Shown: positions 1 to 12,944 of the stretch, in pieces | Position numbering within the stretch: position 1 is the first letter of the stretch | Layout: every line of letters begins with the position of its first letter | Assembly: GCA_964270895.1 (NCBI GenBank) | Contig: OZ185444.1 | Reading direction: 5' to 3' (one strand) | DNA length: 64,000 nucleotides | Source of the DNA: Podarcis filfolensis | Taxonomy: Eukaryota | The notes under the pieces: model-generated | Databases searched by the model: none | The model's input: only the letters and a program-made list of their open reading frames with translations | What the model was told of the DNA's origin: nothing | Position numbers and translations under genes: made by a program

Positions 1-1654
1 GGTGGGGTATAAGAAGTAAAGCATCATCGTCTTCATCCTCTTAGTTTTCCATTCTTCATCTGAAGCATCTGCTACTTAGAAACATACTGCTTCTGTACAC
101 CGAGTTTCCATTTTGTTCTCATAGCAAAAAGACAGACTGCCCTTCTTCTATCCAATTGTCTAATCCAAAGTTGGCCAACCTGTGGCCAATGCTGATGTGT
201 AGACTACAACACCCATACTCCCTAGCCACTAGTCTTACTACCACAGGTTAGAAAACCTTGGTCTAAACAAAGGAGCAAATAAGACCATTGCCATTGCCCT
301 TCTAGTATAACGAGAGAGGATGAATTTCTTCCACCATTTTATGTCTCAATCACATCCACTTCCCCACTAGTCATATTTTTTTCCTAAAGTCTTCTACTTT
401 TAGTTTCCTTTCTGCAGGATATTTCTTTGAAGAGAAGGGAACAGAACTCTACACACCTACATAACGGTGTTTCAAGGAGTTATGGGCAATGTAATACTTG
501 CTGCTTTATTTTCACCCATACCTAGTTCCTAACAATTGTGTTTTTCCTTTTACTTTTTAATGCCGCTCTATTCCTGAACCGATGTTAATTACAAAGAGCT
601 CTTTTAAAAAATCCAATCTGTGTTCCACATGAATACATGAAATGAGAAAGACTGGAGATGTGCCTTAAGCCCTATCTCAAAGCCCCATAAATATGTTTTA
701 TAACCAGCCTCTTAGCAGAGAGAGACTGAAGCCTAGTTCAGTTTCTCAGGCCTCCTCAAAAGCTACATAAGAAAACCTAAGAGTGTGCTTAAGCTAGAAT
801 AAAATAAGGGCACACCTACAGTGTAAACTTAAAACTAAGTTAACTGCCCTGAGCTCCCTACAAAGCAACTTCATTGAGGGATTTAAAGGCCTATAAACCC
901 CATGGCACAGTTACACAGATTAAAAAAGAGGTTTGTTTCTGCAGAGCGGATTGCCCAGGGACAGACCTTTATTAGTGAATAGTCTCAAAAGTAGTGCAGC
1001 CTTTCAGAAGTGATCAATAAGTAAGGAGGGCAGTTCTCTACTCGTAAATACTACTTGTGTGTCTCATATTACTTTCTTTCTTTGGACCTTTAAAGAGGAC
1101 AAAGAGCACGCGCTTCACCTTGGGTTCCATCACAGCCACTGAAGAGGAACACTCCTGCGTACAGCAGAATAAACAGCTTGTACACGACTCCCAAGAGGTT
1201 AATTTTTAAAAAGATGAATCTAGGCAGCAGACAGAAGTGTCTCCTTACTTACCCTGAAGGCAAGCAGAGTGCTTAGTACAGTGTAGTAAGTACAGCGCAA
1301 GGACAACCTATGGCTATGTTTGCACTAAATCATAATTTTGCACAATGTGCACAAGCTGGAATGAATCTGAACTCATGCCACTGACTTATGTACTCCTTTT
1401 CCCACCCTCAGCCACTTATTCTGCATCGGGGTGGGGGGTGGGGAGGAAGGAAGCTTGAGGATTTATTTGGCTCATTCCATTACACATCCCAGTACACTAT
1501 AAATAAATAAAATATGGTTGAGTGTGAAGTGCCAACACACAGCCAATCTTGCAGACACCCACTATGTTTTGCCCTCTACATTTACCATGTTTGCTCTTTC
1601 AACTGTTCCAGCCTGTGCAGGGCAACAATAATATGCTCATGCATTTCTCCTTAC

Positions 1655-1709
1655 CAAAAAGCAGAGAGGTGATGCCAGACTTCCTGCGCTGCGTCCTGCG
1701 TCGCACAAT
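1655..1709 (-). CDS. SGSM3: SGSM3 exon 11 ([19 protein letters not shown])
   Basis: ctcag acceptor, gtaag donor, 55 nt; recognised SGSM3 peptide. Confidence 0.93.
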
Positions 1710-4700
1710 CTGAGAGAGACAGAAGACCAAGACTCATTAAAGAGAGAATATAGTAAAAACGCTATAGTGACTGGCTACATTATGTTCAGTATGGTAAAAC
1801 AGATCTTGTGGGTCACTTACATCAAATATACGTACATATGTATGTACATATTTTTATTTGTATGCCACCTTTCCACAGTTCAAATCACGCTCAAGGCAGC
1901 TTACAACACAAAAATAATACATAACTGCAACATAATGAAAGTTGTCATAAATAAAACATCAAAGAACACGCAACCAAATGGAACAATTTCCACATAAATA
2001 ACAAGATCTAAAATAAAGATACAAAAAGCCAACAGCAACAACCTCCCCCTCAAACAACATGCCAGCCCAAGGGGGATAGAAAAAGAGAAGTATGGGTGAC
2101 CAGAAAAGCTATACTGGACGTAGCAAGAAGTATGGGAAGTCCGGCAGCACGTCTTCAATAACACATCCAAGACTGACTCAACATCACTACCACTACCTAT
2201 GAACAACAAAGGCAACAGAAGCCAAGCCTGAGAAAGGAAATATTTTTTAACTTGTGATTCCCAAGAGCTTTAGAAACACACCTTTGATAAGTTGACAGAA
2301 GCCCCTGCATTGAGCAGCTGCCCTTGGTCCGCAATGAGGTAAGCTAGGTGCTTGCACCGCTGAGTCTCCACTGCCACGTCCGTCAGGGAACCAGCGACAC
2401 GCATGGCTTCCTGCAGGAGCACGTCTGGATCTTCAATTTGAGAGGGGATGTCCGAGAGTGTGTTGAAGATGGAGGCAGAGTTCTCTGACTGAATCAATTC
2501 ATCTTCCTGCATTAACAGGAACAAGGCATTCTGCGTGTTATGCTCTGGAATACCCTTGCAATTCTCACAGCCCCATTATCTGCATCTAACTCTATTCCCA
2601 TGATGAAAGTTTGCATGGTGAATGCAGGACAACAATCAGTGCATGCTTCCGTTAATCTCCCTTTGCACCCAATTATTTTCCTATAAAGGAATTCCTTAAT
2701 GCTACACTGAATTTCAGCCCAACACAGAACCAGAAGAGCAGAGGTTATTTCTCAAAGTGTTTCTTGAAACAGATCATTGTCAACAATCCCAGTCTATATG
2801 CTAGTTCAGTGGCATTATTCAGAAGACAAAAAAGCAGCAAAGGCAACAGCGGGTGGCAAAACGAGCTACTGCACACCCAGATTTCGAAAGAACGATATAT
2901 GACATTTTTTGTTTTTCTTTCCTTACACACACAGACGGCCTCTCATAAAGGATTCCCCAAATACCTAAGATTGGGGGGGGGGGGAATCCGGAGAGCAGTC
3001 CCTGTATATTACACTCATTCCATGAGGCGAAAGCGGAGGAGTGTTGGTTACCTTCATGCTGAGCATGCCCAGTGTGACCTGGAAGAGAACTATGGAGCCC
3101 TGGTAGAAAAAGAGGTCCCAAATTCGTAGCAACAGCTTGATATGCACAACGCTAGCAAATGACGTGAGGAACCAGTGCAGGGTGATCAAGGAGAGCTCTG
3201 TGAATGGAGACAGTGAAGAAAGTGTATCATTCTAGTTTACCAATCACCCACACGAGGAAGAATCCATCCTACCCCTGCCCTCCATAGAATCACTTTCCAC
3301 TTCCAACATAAAACAGAGAAGACTCACATCTATTCCAGATAATCTACCCATGTCATTATGATTGTAACAGTGCAGGCAAATATAGCTCCCTTCTCAGTCC
3401 TTTTCACTATGTCAAGCCAGAGCCAAATAAACAATGATAAGCTTGCCTACAATAAACTTGCCTACAGACTGTGGTTTGCTTGGAGCAAAACAACCTAGTT
3501 CCTAGTTCAGACAGAATACTAAGCAAAGGACTGTGGTTTGCTTGCTACTGGTATGCAGGAAAAGTGGCCCAAATAGGCACATTCACAGCAAGCCATTAAC
3601 TATAGCTTACCATAACAAGCAAATAACAAGCAAATGAGGCCACTGATAATATTTCTGCTTAAAACAAGAATTTTCAAATAGCACAAGAGATTATGTGCAC
3701 ACAAGCATATATTTCCTTCCATTTCAACCCAAATACCAAGCTAAAGTGACTCATGCTCAAAAGCATGTTTGACTCATTTGCACTACTAAATTCCCTTAGC
3801 AGCCACATGCACAGTGTGTTAACAATGTGGCTCACAGAAGAGAGCTGTACCCTGAAGCTCAAAACCTTCAGCTGACCAAGGGAGGCTCTCACCAATGTCA
3901 TGCTCCTGGAGAAGTTTGTCCAGCTGTGGCAAGTACTGCACAATGAGATGCCGCAAGACGCGCTGGTCAGTCTGGACGCCCATCAGAGTAGTGTTGAAGT
4001 AGGAGGCCGGCACCAGGTCCTCAATGATAGCACACATCATCCAGAAGGCATCTTCCTCTTCCAAGAAAAGAAGTAAGGAAGCGACTACCTAGCAGGAGAG
4101 GAAAACATGGAGATAAGCTGAAAAGCATCTGTAACAGCCCACTGGTGCCCTCCCTCACAGCAGCAGAATTTTAGGGATAAAAAAGTAATTAGCCATGGTG
4201 AGAACAGGATATTAGATGATGAACCTTTGGGCCAAATGAGCAATACTATAATGTTTTCATGCAAAGCAGCCTCATATTTTCAGTAAAAGGATAATAATGG
4301 GATAAAGGAAACCTCTGTGACTCCAGGAAGACTTATTTATTTGAGCTCTTAATATACTGCTTAATTGCCAAAGTTCTTCTATAAGAGGGAGAAGGATCCT
4401 TGTGGCCCTCCAGTCCCCAGACCACATCCCTACCAGCCCTGCTTTACATCCTCCTCAAGTTCCTTCGCTTGGTTGGAAAGTGTCCTTGAACTATGATACT
4501 TGCCTGCCTGGGTAGAGAGGGGTGTGTCCAGGAAGTAGCTTACCACACAAGGCACAGTGCACATTCATTGCTCTGCACAGTTGGTTGTCCACTACTGGCA
4601 TTTCACCCCTGGAAGGTTGACCAGAAGGGAATGCTGCCCTTATCGTTTCTTTTTCTAAGTTTGTGCTTATTTTGTTCTTATTTATACGCAACTTCCATTT

Positions 4701-7700
4701 TCTGAAGGAAGTCTTATTTCCCCCGCCCCCAAGTTTCCTCTACGAAATCAAACATGACTGTACTAAACTTTTTTGGGGATTGTCTATCCGAATATATATG
4801 CTGAATTTTATAGTGCAGTTTAACGACACTTATATGTCACAACAGGCCCTGAATACTACTTAAAATTAAGTGCAGGGTCATCTCCATGACCGTCAGCTCT
4901 AAGGTACAGTCATTTAGCCTATCTAGTAATTGTACTTTTTTGTTGTTACGGGAACACACACTGATTCAATCTATGTGAGGATAACTGAAGTCACTCGTAA
5001 CTACATTTCCTCACTGGATGCAGCTTTTGATTTAATTCTCCATCTCATAAACAACCAGAGCATTTTTGTCAGGCGGGCAATGATGCATCCCCAGAATTAA
5101 ATTACCCTTGGGCCTGGTAATTCTGTAGAGCAGTCTGCTCCTTTTGATATGTCTAGCTTGTTGGAATGGATGTCCTCAGGTGTACAGAGTGATACCGCCT
5201 CCAGTTCACCCTTACTTGCACTTCCTAAAGGGTTAGTATCTGTAGACTGACTTGTCCGCCAGTTTTCCATTGCATAACTGTGGGCCACTCTCTCAATGTG
5301 AGCCAAGTTGGGAGCTTGTGCTGCAGGCTGGCTTACATATGATTTAAATAAATTCTAAACAGAGTTATGAATAGGGAGCAATGTAGCATAAGTTCATAAA
5401 GTAACTTTGATTCTAACCTATGGTGCTAATAACTTTGCTAGTCATACAGAGGTAGCTCCAGAGTCTTTGGTGAGCCCTGCCACTGAAACGGCCTTCATTT
5501 CTCCCCATCACAAAGACCTTGAGCTGCAGTGAATATTACATGGGCAAAAGGGATGTTGCTGAAAATGGCACCTATGTGGTATAACAATTCTTCATTCCCC
5601 CTGCTGAAACATATAGGACATCTAACTGCACAGATGACTGTAGGAATCTCCATTTCCCTACTTCCAATTCTTGGTGGCTGTTTCTGAGGATGTGGAGGTT
5701 CTCCAAGTTACAGTGGCTATACCTGAAACAGGCTACTTTATGGCTTACAGCTGGGTGTTAGCAAATACTCACCATGGTCATGCTACTCCTGGCAGGAGTA
5801 ATATATTATGTTTAGTGGTGCCATCACCTCTGCAGTAAACTTATTTTATTATTTCTACTGGATAAAAAAAAAGTATGTTGCTGCCTGTACAGGTACCTGT
5901 GAATTCCTCTCACCTGCTGTGAGCAGATTCCCAAGGGAAACAATAACAACTCACATATAACCACAATAGGAGAGGTTTATTTACCATGCCAGTGCCTTGA
6001 CAATAGCCTATTTCGGGATACAGCCATGCCAGTCCCCGGAGAATTCTGCGTAGCCGCGGCACTCCAATACTATTCATGTTGGAAAAGCAGGCATTGCTGG
6101 GCATGGTGCGGAGCAAATCTTTCTCAATCTAACAGAAATCAAGTATCACAGATTAGCATTCTAGACTCAGTTAGCAATTATCCTCCCCATCTTCTTTTTT
6201 CTTTCTCTAGTCCCCTGGGCTGTCCTTACATTCTTTGCACCCCCACAAAGTAGGCCTGTAGTCTGAGGCTGCCATTTCACCTCAGAATGGAAGCCTCACA
6301 AAGCACATGCAAACTTCCATCCATTCAGTATAATGCCTCATCTGCAACCTGAAGTGAACTGCTCAAAGTGAGTGAGTAAGCAGCACATCTCTTACTGCAC
6401 ACTCAAGATAAAAATGTACCAAATAGTTCTGAGTTTTATGTGCCAATGCACATTCTAGCAGTCCCCCCCCCCCAAGCAGCCTGGTTGAGACCCTGACTGC
6501 CACAAACAGTATCAATGGTGCCATTGTGAGAGGGCCTATTAGCAGGCTTCCTCAACCTGGCGCTCTCCTGATGGCTCCCAACAGAATAGCCAAAGATGAT
6601 AGGAGTTGCAGTCCAAAACATCTGGACGGCACCAGGCTACCAAAGCCTGCTTTAACGGTTGACTTTTGCTTCAGAAGCCTTGCCCAGTTCCAAAGGCTGT
6701 CTTGGATGCCTCTGCTCTGTGATTCTTTCTCTTCCTGCCTACCTGTCACCTTCCAACGACTGGTGACAGATTAGTTACAATGGGGGGAAGGAAGGCTCAA
6801 CTTTATGCACCTTGCAAAAGGTATGAGATCTGAAGAAGGCACTCACAGAGCTATACATGGCATCTCCCATTTTGCTTTATTTATAAAGTTGCTTCGTCTT
6901 CTCTACTAGTTTTACAAAGTCCTGTCCCCTTCATTAGGTTGTTGGTGTTTGTCCTTAATGGGCTGAGAATCACATTAATCTAAGGGCAGATGTACCTCAT
7001 ATATTTAAAGCACATCTAATGCACGTTTAAAACACATGGCTTTTCCCAAATATTCATGGGAACTATAGTTTGTTAAGGATGCTGGAAATTGTGCCTCTAT
7101 GAGGGGGAAACTACACTTTGCAGGATTCTTTGGGGAAAGTCATGTACATTAAATGTGTGTTGGAAGTACTTTAAATGTATGGTGTGGATCTGCCCTAAGA
7201 GTCTGAGGATTAAAAGTTAGGACTCAGGGGTGCTATTTGGAGCTTAAGACACACAACCTTGTATAGTGATCTCCAGACTAGTTCTTCACATTTTGTTCAG
7301 TGTTTATATCCAATAGCAAAAGTCTGAGCAAAGCGCCTCATGAATACATGTTAGTGCATCAACAGAATGATATTTTATGCAAACTCTACACCTAAAGGGT
7401 AATTAGCTGCTGCTGAGTGGCAAGAAGATTTGTGCTGGCTGAGAGAGATGCTTACAAAGTTCTGTATCTAGACCTCAAAACTTCCTACTTTCTAACGATT
7501 GAAGATTTTATTCTTTTCCCTTTAGCATGATGGCAGCAAGTGTGCAACACCCCCCCTTTGTTCTACATAAACTTTAAATCCACAGAGGTGATGTGTGGTA
7601 GTAAATCCTTTCTTGGCTAATAACAGGAGGAACGCTGTGAGCCAATCCCTCTAAGCTCATTTTCAGCACTAGAAGAGAACTACCAACTCCGAGAAACTGA

Positions 7701-10700
7701 GTGGGTAACCCCTCCTTCTCTCAATCACTGCTCTTAATCTTCCCTTTCTTCCACCCACCTGATAGAGTGCCCTTTCTTGAGCCCCAAGAACTAACCCATG
7801 GCAAAGTACCCACTTGTTTGGCAGCAATGGTTTCATCATTTGAGCTATTTTTCACAATTTCCCGATATGACATTTCTGAATTTCGCTTCTTCTGCAGAGC
7901 ACCTGACAGTCTCATCCACAGCTGGGTGAAATGAAGGAAGGAAAGAAAGGGTTTTATGATTAAGACAGGAAACCTCACTAGCAAGCTCTCCTCCCCTTCA
8001 TGATAAACCAGGAATGCCTCACCTGTGGCCTCATGCTATGAGGAATGCCCGCCAACACCAATGATCGCAGCTTATCGGAACGTGGAAGTGTGACTTCTAT
8101 CTTGTCCCAGGTGAGGTCCCCCACGTCATGGTTGTGTGTGAATTCCAAGTGGGCCTGCCATTTCAGCCTGTGCTGTGGCTCTTCAACCAGTGGGATCCCC
8201 AAGAGCTTGCTAGAGTTTGGCTCTGCACCATCTGTAGCAAAGAACACCAGCTTTAGGTGTGGGGAAGAAAGTAGCAAGCAGCCTTCTACATCTGAAGAAT
8301 AATAATTCCTTGAAAAGCTGGACTTTACAATCTAGAGAGTCAAGAATTCAGTTGTGCATGCTTGGGCAAGTGTATAACCAAGTTCCAATTCTGATCCCAA
8401 AGCATGCACAGACCACCACCATTGGTGATGTTGAAAAATCCACTCTGACAGTCCCTTATGAGGTATATGGGCACCAGCCAGTTGAAATTCAAACAGGAAA
8501 ATGAAGGTGTTTACTTTTCCATTTGAACATTTGTATTTTGGCTCATATGAAATGTCTAAAGTGGCTAGCTGTCCTAATATTTATTTATTATTTGCATATA
8601 GATTTATATACTACTAAATCTTCTGAAAACAATGTACACAAATAATAATAATAATTTTATTATTTATACCCCGCCCATCTAGCTGTGCTTCCCGCTTCCC
8701 CAGTCACTCTAGGCGGCCTCCAGCAGCTGTCCAGGGTTTCATACTCTGCTGGTTTCAAGAACTTGAGCCCAGACAAACATGTAGATGGATTACAGCTTTA
8801 AAATACATATGAGCAACACCCTGATCCTATCCGGGTTGTCACCTCCATGTCTTTTCAAGAAGGAAAAGCTGCTGTTTACATACATGTGCACTGTTCCTAA
8901 ATGACATGTTACCAAGAATGTTATCATGTTAGTAAAGCCTGAAGTTAATTTCTTTAGAGGTCAACTGCTTTCAAAGCACCACCAGAATCAAGAGTTGGAA
9001 AGGCACTGCTGGGAATAAGTGACTTTTGAAGCAGAGCCCCAGGGAGAGCTTGTCACAAGTTACACCACAGAAATAAAAGGCCTTGCCTTCTTTGTCTACT
9101 CGGAAACCAAATTCATCATACCGGAACTCTGGCTGTTCAACAGATTCTTCTTTCTGGAAAACCGAAGAAAAGAATTGCTTTCCATTCTTTGCACTAGGTG
9201 GTACAACACTTTTACACACTGCAGGCATCCAAAATAAAAATGGGAGCACTCTATGCACTTGTGCGGTACTCTTATAGCCTATATAAATAACTTTCACAGT
9301 AAATCTAGGAAGAACGTGTTGGGAAGATATTTCCATTGGATATTTTTTGCCTTGCTTCTCCCAACCTTAACCCCTTCTCATTATTTAAAAGGCATCAAAA
9401 CCCTACAGACTGATGATTTGGTCACTCATTGGCTCAGTCTACATATTATTCTATGTGTACATATACTGTATGCACAGGAAACACTGCTTCCATTTATGCT
9501 TCTCCATGTGTGCATCCGTAGCAACGCTTGTCACAACTACTCTTCTAGTCTAGACACAATTAATACTGTATTTTTCGCTCTATAAGACGCATCAGACCAT
9601 AAGACGGACCTAGTTTTTGGAGGAGGAAAACAAGAAAAAAAATATTATGAATCTCAGAAGCCAGAACAACAAGAGGGATTGCTGTGCAGCAAAAGCAGCG
9701 ATCCCTCTTGTTGATCTGGCTTCTGGGATAGCTGCGCAGCCTGCATTCGCTCCATAAGATGCACACACATTTCCCCTTACTTTTTAGGAGGGAAAAAGTG
9801 AGTCTTATAGAGCAAAAAATACGGTACTTTGAATTCTGTACTGTTTAAACCACTTAAGCACAATAGTGTCCCAAAGTCTAACATGCTAGGATTAGTACCA
9901 AAGCTGTCCCAATTTCTTTTGGATGTAAAGATCTACCACAGAATTCCTGGTTCAACCTGGGGATTGCTGTTAATCCAGATGGCCCCAGAAAACATTTGTC
10001 AGGTCCTCTCTGCACATTCCTAACCCTGTTGCCTTTGAATGCGAGTTTTGAGCATCACCAAGCAGTTGTACATATAACAGTGCCTATCATGCAAGCAGCT
10101 GCTCAGCTGGAGTCTTATTTTATCAGTTTAAGGGTTCCTTACTGGCAGCCTTTATCCCAATGGACTCTATGTTTCACAGCTGATTTTTCATTTTATATGT
10201 TGTGCCAGGCACATGCACTTCTAATTAAATTTATAGGCTATTCATGTGTGAAACCTTTGGCAAGGTCTCAAGAGTGTGGCTTCCACTACCCAGTCTTTTT
10301 AAAAGGGTATACACAGCCATCAGAAGTATTTTATACCCTGGCTTCTTTACCCAAATGTAAGACATAATGCAAGATCAGACATAATTTGTGTTTAGGTTAC
10401 CAGCTAATAAACTATTAGAGTCAGGCTCTATATCAGATTTTGCCAGCAATGCCAATCTACCTGAGAGCTCTATTCATGCTAGAATGAATGCAGCTGCTGA
10501 ACCAGCAATTAATTGTCACAAATGCCTAGAAGGGTACTTGAAGACACATACAAACATTCATAATGTACACTACTGTTTACTATTCAACAATGAAAGAGAA
10601 ATTAGGTGCAATATTTATTATTTCACTTTGTCTTATAGTAGTACCTGGGCATATTTTGCCAAGATCTCCTGAGGCCATATGCTGGGTGTGAGAGCAGAGA

Positions 10701-11802
10701 AGGGCCCACCAGCAGTAGGGGTACAGCTTCCTATATGTAAAAACATTACAAACATACACAACAATGGAACACAAGGGACAGGAAAGTCACACTAACACTT
10801 CTGTGATTAGCCAATCCTAAAACACTTCACGAGACTCTGTCCCCAGTTTTGTGCTATTAAAAGTCCAGAAATCACCATAAGGAAACTGTGGACACATGGA
10901 AACATGGAAAAGCAACTAAATTATGCAGGATAGCCCAAGTAACTCTGATAGGTATGTAGGATTAAATTCATTTTTCACAAGCATGGGAATAACTATTGTT
11001 CTAGAAGGGGTGGGGAGACAGAATATACCATGTGAACCCCAATTCTTCTCAAACCTTTGAAGTGCTAAATTCTAAACACACTTATTTCAGCACAGCTTCT
11101 TATTGCCTTCTTTTATTGGCAACCAGGAAAGTATTCCTAATGTATTAGTTAGGGGCATTGTAAACCAGTCATGGCCTTGCTAGAGATCTTTACTCAGACC
11201 CAGACTTTCTGCAAGCAGAAAAGCTACTTATACTATGGGGCCTTTGTTCCCCTTTCTTTTCCAACCCATCCCAAAAAGCTGCTTGTGAGGGTTAGGGATA
11301 CCTTCAGAATGGCACAGAAGGGAGCACAGAACACAGCGGGAGGGGAGAAACTGCAAGAATCCAACCAGTGACACATTCAAGCTTCTTCCTCATTGCACAT
11401 TCCCCCATCTACTGCAATCTCCCATACTCCGTTCCTCCTGAGCAGCTTTGGGGGCAAAGGGGACTGCAATGGGGAGGAAAAGGTGGGAAAAAATGGCCTT
11501 CCACTCAAAAATCCGGATCAAGCCAGTGATTTACATATTCTGTTCTTGTAAATATGGTAGTGTTAACTGAGTTTTCTGTCTGAGAGCTAGAGAAAAGTAA
11601 ATGAAAAGATGTCTGTGATTCTGTGTGTCCGATCTGATGAGCAGCCTGACTCTCTGAAGTTTCAAAACACTACATGACACATGTAGCTAACTGGAATAAA
11701 GTTAACAACACTGGTATGGTTGGCTTGGTCTTTTCTTAAAATTGGAAGGATTTTGATAAAGTATCAAAATTACTAATAATTGATTAAGAGCTTACCTGAC
11801 AT
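1655..11802 (-). CDS. SGSM3: SGSM3/RUTBC3 small G protein signaling modulator 3, spliced CDS exons 2-11 (partial; 3' exons lie left of the window)
   Basis: Ten exons splice in phase to [34 protein letters not shown]...LLFG. The TBC R-finger (IEKDLLRT) and Q-finger (YCQG) are intact. Syntenic with ADSL. Confidence 0.97.
1850..2230 (-). mobile_element. Degenerate L2-like LINE 3' end
   Basis: tttatttgtatgccacc...aaggcagcttacaac tail motif typical of squamate L2 3' ends; boundaries approximate. Confidence 0.45.
2282..2506 (-). CDS. SGSM3: SGSM3 exon 10 ([14 protein letters not shown]...VNLSK)
   Basis: gcag/gtgtg boundaries, 225 nt, phase 0-0. Confidence 0.95.
3052..3197 (-). CDS. SGSM3: SGSM3 exon 9 ([12 protein letters not shown]...GMLSMK)
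   Basis: cacag/gtaac boundaries, 146 nt, TBC domain C-terminal part. Confidence 0.95.
3893..4088 (-). CDS. SGSM3: SGSM3 exon 8 ([16 protein letters not shown]...QEHDI)
   Basis: ctag/gtgag boundaries, 196 nt. Confidence 0.95.
5985..6128 (-). CDS. SGSM3: SGSM3 exon 7 (IEKDLLRT...YCQGTGM)
   Basis: ttag/gtaaa boundaries, 144 nt, contains the TBC catalytic motifs. Confidence 0.96.
6541..6651. mobile_element. Short hAT-like MITE
   Basis: TIR agcaggctt/aagcctgct; internal ggagttgcagtccaaaacatctgga shared with the copies at 13213 and 28510. Confidence 0.6.
6984..7195. mobile_element. PIF/Harbinger-type MITE
   Basis: About 30-bp imperfect TIRs GGGCAGAT.../...ATCTGCCC flanked by a TAA target duplication. 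Confidence 0.7.
7814..7921 (-). CDS. SGSM3: SGSM3 exon 6 ([12 protein letters not shown]...IAAKQ)
   Basis: ccag/gtggg boundaries, 108 nt. Confidence 0.95.
8023..8231 (-). CDS. SGSM3: SGSM3 exon 5 (DGAEPNSS...HSMRPQ)
   Basis: acag/gtgag boundaries, 209 nt. Confidence 0.95.
8640..8730 (-). mobile_element. (AAT)n-tailed L2-like 3' fragment
   Basis: aataat...ttataccccgcccatct...ccagtcactctaggcggc; same family as 12947. Confidence 0.55.
9087..9153 (-). CDS. SGSM3: SGSM3 exon 4 ([22 protein letters not shown]), GC donor
   Basis: ccag acceptor; AAG|gcaagg is the boundary giving the phase 1 needed by exon 5; 67 nt. Confidence 0.9.
9566..9824. mobile_element. Tc1/mariner (pogo/Tigger-like) MITE
   Basis: TIRs ctgtatttttcgctctataagac / gtcttatagagcaaaaaatacgg, TA flanks, internal hairpin at about 9657-9724. 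Confidence 0.8.
10645..10730 (-). CDS. SGSM3: SGSM3 exon 3 ([29 protein letters not shown])
   Basis: atag/gtact boundaries, 86 nt; not in the ORF track, read by hand. Confidence 0.93.
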
Positions 11803-11858
11803 GGTGGCAGTGGAACGTGGGCAATGGTGGCTATTTTACTCTTCAGAAGGTCACTGCC
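11796..11858 (-). CDS. SGSM3: SGSM3 exon 2: 5'UTR plus start (ATGTCAG, coding part 11802-11796)
   Basis: Kozak GCCACCATG, donor G|gtaagc, acceptor aacag. Confidence 0.88.
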
Positions 11859-12944
11859 CTGTTACAACATAGATGCAGGCATAATACAGAAAGAATAAAG
11901 CAATTAATCTTGGGACCAACAAACTATGCATAACAAGTATAGTTGATTCACAGTTAGCTGCTCTCTAATCAGAGCCAACACTAGTTAAATCAATCCTTAC
12001 CAAATAAACTTATTTCTATGTTCCAAGAGTAACTCTATGTCAGGAGTCAACACATAAAGGAAGCCATTCAAGTGTAGGAGATGAAGTATTGGACTTCAAA
12101 TGTCTGCTCAGCTATCTTTACAGAATAACCCTGGGCATGTTCGCATCTTGGTTAGTGTAATATATACACGCAGGCCCTACTTATCAAAGGCAATGTGTTC
12201 CCGGGAAACCATTTGTTAGGCGAGAGTTCGCATAACAAGTCCACGATTTACATTATTTCTTTTGGGAATATATTTTTTTAAAGTGTTTATTAATTTTCCA
12301 ATAAGAACATCTAATTAAGATATATCAAATCAAATAAAAAAACTAAAATAAAAAAGTCCAATTGTCTTCCAAATTATAATCTTAATTATTTTTTTTTGGA
12401 AATATTTCTAATGCAGGATGTGTATGATCTCCTTCCCCCATCTCTCCATGGTTTCTTCCTGAAATGGCTGCAGTCCATCAGCAAAAGAGAGACAAATAAA
12501 AACAAACTAATTTATCCAATCTCTCCTGCTCCCATCTCCCTCTGTCCATGGTTTCTGTCTGAAAAGGCTGCCTCCAGACAGCAAAGCACAAACAAGGAAA
12601 TAAGGAAGCCAAATGTTCGGATATCTGAATCTGGAGTGCATATAATGAAGTTTGGGCATAATTCTTTATATACAGATAAGTGATTTTAAGATAGCAAGTG
12701 TACAGATAGCAGGGCCTACATGTATATCGTTGTCCTAGCACTTAAACTGACACTGGTGTAGTTTTCCAGCATTATGGGGCAGGTCTAAATGTTAAGCTTT
12801 AAATTAAAAGTAACAGAAGGAGTATAGCTTCCTATAATTAAAGCATGAAGATGGAAGTATCAACAAGCAGGATATAGTAGCATTTAACGATTCAGCTACA
12901 CAAGTCTAGCTAAAGGAGTCACCATGACACTGTATGTTCATTTC

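Noticed and set aside
1-70. Acidic-looking gaggatgaagacgatgat (minus) as SGSM3 exon 12
   Set aside because: No splice-compatible frame gives the expected EDDLEALKAKNIK; exon 12 is probably outside the window
9996-10367. 123-aa ORF and similar short intronic ORFs (e.g. 26409-26855, 63033-63365)
   Set aside because: No recognisable homology or splice support; expected by chance
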